Positions 58,601 through 64,000 of a stretch of 64,000 bases of DNA are shown here, one piece after another. The notes under the pieces were generated by a model. That model was not told the DNA's origin. It saw only the letters and a list, made by a program, of their open reading frames with translations, and did not search any database. The position numbers and the translations under genes were made by a program. Origin of the DNA: Saprospiraceae bacterium (GTDB taxonomy: Bacteria > Bacteroidota > Bacteroidia > Chitinophagales > Saprospiraceae); the NCBI GenBank assembly GCA_016710235.1, contig JADJLG010000001.1, positions 3,307,225 to 3,371,224 on the forward strand. Reading direction: 5' to 3'. Position 1 is the first letter of the stretch. Every line of letters begins with the position of its first letter.

Positions 58601-61600
58601 ATGATTAGACTAAGCTTACTAAAAGCATTGAGGCGCCAGTTGAGTGGTGCTATTATGCTCATGCTAGTCATTTCAAGCACTGCGACATTAATTGCTTCCT
58701 CTTCCAGTCCGGAAGCCATGCGTGGACAACTTGCTTGTAATGACGACATTCAGATCAGTCTGGATGAAACATGTCTGGCTACGATCACGCCTGATATGGT
58801 CCTGGAAGGAACAGGATATAACTATGCAGACATGCTAGTGATCGCTCGCGACTGGGTGACTCGTGCGATTATTGATGTAGATCCGGTTATGCCGGGTGTG
58901 CAAATCGGAGCTGCACAAATCGGTCGACACCTTGAACTGACTGTAAGAGAAATCTCTTCAGGCAATTCTTGTTGGGGACGTGCTTTCGTTGAAGACAAGC
59001 TTGCGCCAATATTTACGTCGTGCGCATTGAATGTAGAAATCAACTGTACGGATCCTACAAGTCCTGCATTTACAGGATTACCTCTTGTAACTGAAAATTG
59101 TGGAACTTACACGTTGACTTATACAGACAAAGTTGACAAAGGATCTTGTGCATTAGGTTATGAAAAAATTATAACCAGGACATGGATTGCAACAGATTCT
59201 CATGGAAACAAATCCAGCTGTGTTCAAACGATCAGAATATTGTTGGGAGATATTTTTGTAGCTCCCGTGCCTCCTCATTTTGATGTTGTAGGAAGAGAGA
59301 CAGTATTCAAATTTTTTACAGGTCCGTTTGATCCTGCAAATTGGCAGGTTGGAAATGCAGGCCCCGGAGCAATAAATGGAACCGTCAACTTTACCAATAC
59401 CAACTCAAAGTTGACAATCATTGGTGCAGATGGTGTGGCGCCAGCTAAAATGGATACTACTTATGCTGCTATATTATCGATTCCTTACTGTGGAACTATC
59501 ACATTTGATTGGACTTCCATGATTAGAGGTGGAGCCGGCAATTTTCAAAATGATGAAGCCGGTTATGCTTTGAATGGCGTGTATACCTTCTTATCTACCC
59601 CTCCTGCCGGCATGTTTGCCTCAGGAACGTCATCGGTTGCAGTTCAACCAGGGGACGATTTTAGATTCTTTGTCAGGTCAAATAATATTGGCAGAGAAGA
59701 CACATTTATGGTGACAAATTTCATTTTCAATGGTTGCAACCAAAATGCTTTATTATGTGAAAACAAAATCAACAAATCTTTTGATCCTACACCACATTTT
59801 GTTGCTGCTCCATTATGTGTAGACGGTTATCTTTTAGATTCATTTGTATATAAATGTACTGGAGCCCGCGTACCTAGAATACTAGGATGGAACAGCATAG
59901 ATGCCGGTATAAATGCGGGCAACCCAAATCCAGATCCGGTGTATTATCCATCTAATCCTGGATGTTGGCCTGCAGATTCACTTGTCATGTGGAAAGGTAC
60001 TGGCAGACCAACCGTATCAGGATGTTCCAACATTGCTGCCACTTACAAAGACATACGTATCGATATCGCAAAACCCGGATGTGATGCGGGTTCTGTTGGA
60101 TGTTACAAAATCTTACGTCAGTGGATCATGCTAGACTGGTGCACAGGAGCTACCCGCTATTACGACCAGATCATTAAAGTAGTAGATGACAAAGGACCAT
60201 CTATATTGTACCCTGATGATTATGAAGTTGGTACAGATATTTGGAAATGCGAAGGTAGATGGGAAGTTCCACCAGCCTGGATCACTGACAACTGTTCAAA
60301 TGAAATCCACTACAGCATTAGAGTAGAGGATGGAACAGTCCTTGGTGACGAAAAAACAGGCTTTGTCGTGGTAAATCTTCCTCTTGGTATCCAAAACGCT
60401 TATATCATAGCGGAAGATTGCTGCGGCAACATTACTGAGAAATTAGTAAGAATCAATGTTGTCGACAAAAATCCGCCTATCGCTGTATGTGATAAAACAA
60501 CCGTAGTCACAATTACAGGAACTCAATCTCCAGGTTTAAACTTAGCTAAAATCAATGCAGAAACATTTGACGATGGTTCATTTGACAACTGCGCTGCTCA
60601 TATATTCTTCAAAGCTATCCGAATGGATGAGCTCCAAGGTACGAACAATGGTTCTACTAAGGAATCCAAAGTTTGCAATAAGGCAAATGGAGATGATGAT
60701 GTGAATGTGGATGGTTCACAAACATATTTCGATGACAACGTGAAGTTCTGCTGCGAAGATGTTAACAAAACTATCAGAGTGGTGTTCCGCGTTTTTGATG
60801 TTGATCCAGGTGTGGGTCCTGTACATCCATCAAGGATGAGCGGTTCAGGAATATTGGTTGGACACTTCAGCGACTGTATGGTTGAGGTAGAAGTCCAAGA
60901 CAAATCCGTTCCTACAGTAGTAGCGCCACCGGATATCGTGGTAAGCTGCATGTATTGGTTCGATTTGACAAAATTGTCAGACCCTTCAGATCCGACGTTT
61001 GGTAAAGTTGTAAATGACGTAGCTTGGAGAAGCAAGGTTAAAACTACAGACGTAGTGTGTGATGCATATTGTAACAAAAACAATATCACCGGTTATCCGG
61101 GTTTTGTTAGTGGATTACCTCCACAATTGCAGCCCGCTCCAAATGTAGCTTGCAATTATTACAGAACATTATTCAATCCAAGTCACCCAGACAATAAATA
61201 TGATTTGGTTTGGGGATTTGACGGATACGTTTTGGCTTCATGCAATGTATCACCTGAAATTGTAGTTGAAGACAAAAGAGAATGTGGTCAAGGAAGAATT
61301 TTACGTACCGTTACAGCAAAAGGACCTAATAATATTATCGTTAAAGCAACTCAGACTATTTGGGTAGTCGATTGTGATCCATTCTATGTATCTGACGACA
61401 AGTGCGATCCTGATGACGATATCGTATGGCCTGATTGTGACGGTGCTGGAACATCTGTATTTGGATGTGGTGCAAACACTTCACCAGATATAATAGGAAG
61501 ACCTGAAATAGCAAATAATGCAGACGACAATTGTGCATTAATTTCAATTGAACATGATGATGAAATATTTACAATAGAGCCTGATGCTTGTTATAAAATA

Positions 61601-63649
61601 CTGAGAAAATGGACTGTTGTAGATTGGTGCCAATATGATCCTTCAAAAGGAGTCTATTCCGGAAGATGGGAGCATACTCAAGTGATCAAAGTGAATGATA
61701 AAATCAAGCCAAATGTAACTTGTCATGTAGGTGCTTGTGAGCCTGCAGCGATCAATACTTTGGGAGTATGTGTAGGACATATCAGTTTGAGAGCTACGGC
61801 ATCAGATTCATGTACTCCAAGCGATTGGTTGTCATATGAATACAAAATTGATGCATTCAACGATGGAACCATTGACTATACAGTTGGAAAACTGACTCAG
61901 GTAGCTTACTCCCGAGGAGATCGTCCTGCAGTTCGCAATAATCCAAATGCCGACAATGTAAATAATCCGTTTGATGCAAGTGGTATTTATCCAATTGGAA
62001 TTCACAGAATCACTTGGTATGTTGAAGATGGATGTGGAAATATTGGAACTTGCTCTACATTATTTGAAATCAAAGATTGCAAAGCTCCAACTCCATATTG
62101 CCTTACAGGTATCATTACAGTACCAATGCCTTCTACTGGCTGTATAGACATCTGGGCTAAAGATCTGGACGCAGGTAGTTATGATAACTGTACACCAAAA
62201 TCAAGATTGAAATTCTATTTCAATAGTGATACATCCAAACCTAGCATCCGTATCTGCTGCGAAGATTTCGAAAAAGCAAACGCAAATGATGAATTGATAG
62301 TACCGGTAGAAGTATGGGTACAAGATTTGGAAGGAAACAGAGACTATTGTGCAACAAGTATTATCGTTCAAGACAATCAAAATGTTTGTAAGAATACAAG
62401 TACAAACATTGCGAGAGTTACAGGAACATTGTTGACTGAAACAGGAGATAAAACAGCTCAATCTGAAACGATGTTGATGATGAATGGCAATCATTTGAAG
62501 TCAAGGGTAACCGGAAATGACGGTGTGTTTACATTCTTGGATCTTGATATGTCACAGGCCTATACAGTTCAGCCTACGAGAAATGATAATCCGATGAATG
62601 GTGTATCTACAATTGATATTGTGAAAATTCAAAAACACATATTAGGTATAGAAACAATAGCAACACCATACAGCTTGATCGCTGCCGACGTTAACTTAAG
62701 TGGTAATATTACTGCTTCAGATATTTCTGAAATCAGAAAATTGATCCTAGGAATTAACACGCAATTTGCGAAATCTCCATCTTGGACTTTTGTTCCAAAA
62801 TCTTTTGTTTTCGTTGATCCGATCAATCCTTGGAAATACGACAACTTCATGTCTTTTGATTTGAAGAACGGAGATCGAGTTGTTGACTTTGTAGCGATTA
62901 AAATGGGTGATTTGAATGGAAGTGTAAAAGCAAGTCTAGGTACCGGAGGAATTGTACGCCACGCGTCAAAATTGAGCTTAGTGACTAATGACCAGAAAGT
63001 TGAAGCTGGCAAAACCATCGAAGTTCCATTTACTGCCCAGAATTTCAAAAACATCAATGGATATCAGTTTACGATAAACTTTGACCACCAAGCAATGCAA
63101 TTGGATAAAATGATTCCGGGAACATTGGATTTAACCGATGCAAATTTTGGTTGGTCTCATGTTGCTAATGGCAAATTGACCACTAGCTGGAATGATTCAA
63201 AAGCAGTAAGCTTGAATCCGAATGAGGTGTTGTTTACACTAGTATTCAACGTTAAATCAAATACGACTTTAGCAAATGCTATAACCATTACAGGTGATAT
63301 TACCTCAGCTGAATCTTATGACAGTGATCTAAATGAACAAGGAGTAGAATTGCTTATCAAAAATGGCTCTACTTTAACCTCAAGCGAAGTATTTGAATTG
63401 TATCAAAACAATCCGAATCCATTCGCAAAAGAGACTACAGTAGGATTCAAATTGCCGGAGGCAACAGATGCGAAATTGACATTGTACGATGTAACCGGAA
63501 AGATCATCCGTGTTTATGAATTGCAAGGTCAAAAAGGTATGAATACTGTGACGATTTCAAAATCAGAATTGAGTGGAGCAGGAATGTACTACTACCAGTT
63601 GGACGCTTCTCACTACACTGCAACAAAGAGGATGATCATCATAGAATAA
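58601..63649 (+). CDS. giant Cys-rich T9SS cargo / surface adhesin-like protein with HYR-like repeats and dockerin-like and cohesin-like modules
   Basis: Signal peptide (MIRLSLLKALRRQLSGAIMLMLVISSTATLIASS). There are at least 5 repeats of the pattern C...(I/L)xRxW...D.CGN/HGN...C.Q.I.V.D...P. See the sub-features below. The track start at 58568 is a TTG; ATG 58601 is preferred. Confidence 0.85.
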   Translation: MIRLSLLKALRRQLSGAIMLMLVISSTATLIASSSSPEAMRGQLACNDDIQISLDETCLATITPDMVLEGTGYNYADMLVIARDWVTRAIIDVDPVMPGVQIGAAQIGRHLELTVREISSGNSCWGRAFVEDKLAPIFTSCALNVEINCTDPTSPAFTGLPLVTENCGTYTLTYTDKVDKGSCALGYEKIITRTWIATDSHGNKSSCVQTIRILLGDIFVAPVPPHFDVVGRETVFKFFTGPFDPANWQVGNAGPGAINGTVNFTNTNSKLTIIGADGVAPAKMDTTYAAILSIPYCGTITFDWTSMIRGGAGNFQNDEAGYALNGVYTFLSTPPAGMFASGTSSVAVQPGDDFRFFVRSNNIGREDTFMVTNFIFNGCNQNALLCENKINKSFDPTPHFVAAPLCVDGYLLDSFVYKCTGARVPRILGWNSIDAGINAGNPNPDPVYYPSNPGCWPADSLVMWKGTGRPTVSGCSNIAATYKDIRIDIAKPGCDAGSVGCYKILRQWIMLDWCTGATRYYDQIIKVVDDKGPSILYPDDYEVGTDIWKCEGRWEVPPAWITDNCSNEIHYSIRVEDGTVLGDEKTGFVVVNLPLGIQNAYIIAEDCCGNITEKLVRINVVDKNPPIAVCDKTTVVTITGTQSPGLNLAKINAETFDDGSFDNCAAHIFFKAIRMDELQGTNNGSTKESKVCNKANGDDDVNVDGSQTYFDDNVKFCCEDVNKTIRVVFRVFDVDPGVGPVHPSRMSGSGILVGHFSDCMVEVEVQDKSVPTVVAPPDIVVSCMYWFDLTKLSDPSDPTFGKVVNDVAWRSKVKTTDVVCDAYCNKNNITGYPGFVSGLPPQLQPAPNVACNYYRTLFNPSHPDNKYDLVWGFDGYVLASCNVSPEIVVEDKRECGQGRILRTVTAKGPNNIIVKATQTIWVVDCDPFYVSDDKCDPDDDIVWPDCDGAGTSVFGCGANTSPDIIGRPEIANNADDNCALISIEHDDEIFTIEPDACYKILRKWTVVDWCQYDPSKGVYSGRWEHTQVIKVNDKIKPNVTCHVGACEPAAINTLGVCVGHISLRATASDSCTPSDWLSYEYKIDAFNDGTIDYTVGKLTQVAYSRGDRPAVRNNPNADNVNNPFDASGIYPIGIHRITWYVEDGCGNIGTCSTLFEIKDCKAPTPYCLTGIITVPMPSTGCIDIWAKDLDAGSYDNCTPKSRLKFYFNSDTSKPSIRICCEDFEKANANDELIVPVEVWVQDLEGNRDYCATSIIVQDNQNVCKNTSTNIARVTGTLLTETGDKTAQSETMLMMNGNHLKSRVTGNDGVFTFLDLDMSQAYTVQPTRNDNPMNGVSTIDIVKIQKHILGIETIATPYSLIAADVNLSGNITASDISEIRKLILGINTQFAKSPSWTFVPKSFVFVDPINPWKYDNFMSFDLKNGDRVVDFVAIKMGDLNGSVKASLGTGGIVRHASKLSLVTNDQKVEAGKTIEVPFTAQNFKNINGYQFTINFDHQAMQLDKMIPGTLDLTDANFGWSHVANGKLTTSWNDSKAVSLNPNEVLFTLVFNVKSNTTLANAITITGDITSAESYDSDLNEQGVELLIKNGSTLTSSEVFELYQNNPNPFAKETTVGFKLPEATDAKLTLYDVTGKIIRVYELQGQKGMNTVTISKSELSGAGMYYYQLDASHYTATKRMIIIE
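62595..62770 (+). other. dockerin-like duplicated Ca-binding segment inside the giant protein
   Basis: MNGVSTIDIVKIQKHILG...AADVNLSGNITASDISEIRKLILG forms two F-hand-like halves. Confidence 0.5.
62972..63330 (+). other. cohesin-like beta-sandwich module inside the giant protein
   Basis: LSLVTNDQKVEAGKTIEVPFTAQNFKNINGYQFTINFDHQAMQL...LFTLVFNVKSNTTLANAITI resembles cohesin domains. Confidence 0.45.
63395..63646 (+). other. T9SS (Por secretion tail, type A) C-terminal sorting domain
   Basis: ELYQNNPNPFAKETTVGFKLPEATDAKLTLYDVTGKIIRVYELQGQKGMNTVTISKSELSGAGMYYYQLDASHYTATKRMIIIE. Confidence 0.8.
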
Positions 63650-63711
63650 GCAAAACTGTTACCCCTCAGCGGACTTTTTCGTTCGAACAGTTTAGATGTA
63701 CGTATAGTAAG

Positions 63712-63748
63712 AAAAGCCCTTCGCGAAAGCGAGGGCTTTTCTTTTTTT
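63712..63748 (+). terminator. rho-independent terminator of the giant gene
   Basis: AAAGCCCTTCGC-gaaa-GCGAGGGCTTT (GC-rich stem with one bulged T) followed by TCTTTTTTT. Confidence 0.75.
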
Positions 63749-63784
63749 GTCAACAGAGATAATCGTTCTACTTTTGGGGCCACA

Positions 63785-64000
63785 ATGATTTGGAAAAAAC
63801 TGGATATGATGTTGGTAAAAGGGTTCATTCCCCCTTTTATTTTATCCTTTCTGATAGCCATGTTTGTCTTGGTGATGCAAACACTTTGGCTTTATATTGA
63901 TGACATCATCGGCAAAGGTGCGGGATTTTGGATCATTGTTGAGTTTTTACTTTACCTCTCATTTTCCATGATTCCATGGGCTTTACCCATAGGAGTTTTA
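63785..64000 (+). CDS. LptF/LptG (YjgP/YjgQ) family permease, N-terminal 72 codons; the gene runs off the right edge
   Basis: My own translation gives MIWKKLDMMLVKGFIPPFILSFLIAMFVLVMQTLWLYIDDIIGKGAGFWIIVEFLLYLSFSMIPWALPIGVL, a typical LptF/G N-terminus. The frame is open to base 64000. Confidence 0.7.
   Translation, partial: MIWKKLDMMLVKGFIPPFILSFLIAMFVLVMQTLWLYIDDIIGKGAGFWIIVEFLLYLSFSMIPWALPIGVL

Overview
AT-rich chromosomal segment with the hallmarks of a Bacteroidota genome: several proteins end in T9SS (Por) C-terminal sorting domains, there is a CarboxypepD_reg-type TonB-dependent receptor, futalosine-pathway menaquinone genes are present, and one upstream region fits the TTTG / TAnnTTTG promoter pattern. 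Most of the window is housekeeping. It carries dnaA, five tRNAs (Ser-GCU, Pro-UGG, Asp-GUC, Leu-UAG, Ser-GGA), leuS, tig, relA/spoT, tilS, coaD, fbp, mdh, sucC, xseAB, dapA and accA. It also carries a compact propionyl-CoA carboxylase / methylmalonyl-CoA mutase operon and scattered LPS/polysaccharide genes (DegT aminotransferase, Wzx-like flippase, two GT2, WbqC, LbH acetyltransferase). I found no CRISPR array, IS element, integrase, prophage or recognisable defence system. The parts worth a second look are these. (1) A set of helix-hairpin-helix (DNA-binding type) envelope proteins around comEC, including an outer-membrane beta-barrel with a ComEA-like N-terminus. (2) A histone-H1-like Lys/Ala protein with AT-hook-like GRP motifs, encoded by near-perfect 57-nt and 51-nt tandem repeats. 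(3) A 1,682-aa Cys-rich T9SS cargo protein with dockerin-like and cohesin-like modules, preceded by about 740 bp of hairpin-rich non-coding DNA. (4) Two genes (ABC exporter, CxxC peroxiredoxin-like) each broken by a one-base deficit in a T homopolymer. (5) A TonB receptor apparently co-transcribed with a T9SS-secreted esterase-like protein that lacks the nucleophile serine. All functional calls come from reading the translated ORFs and motifs by eye. No database search was possible.
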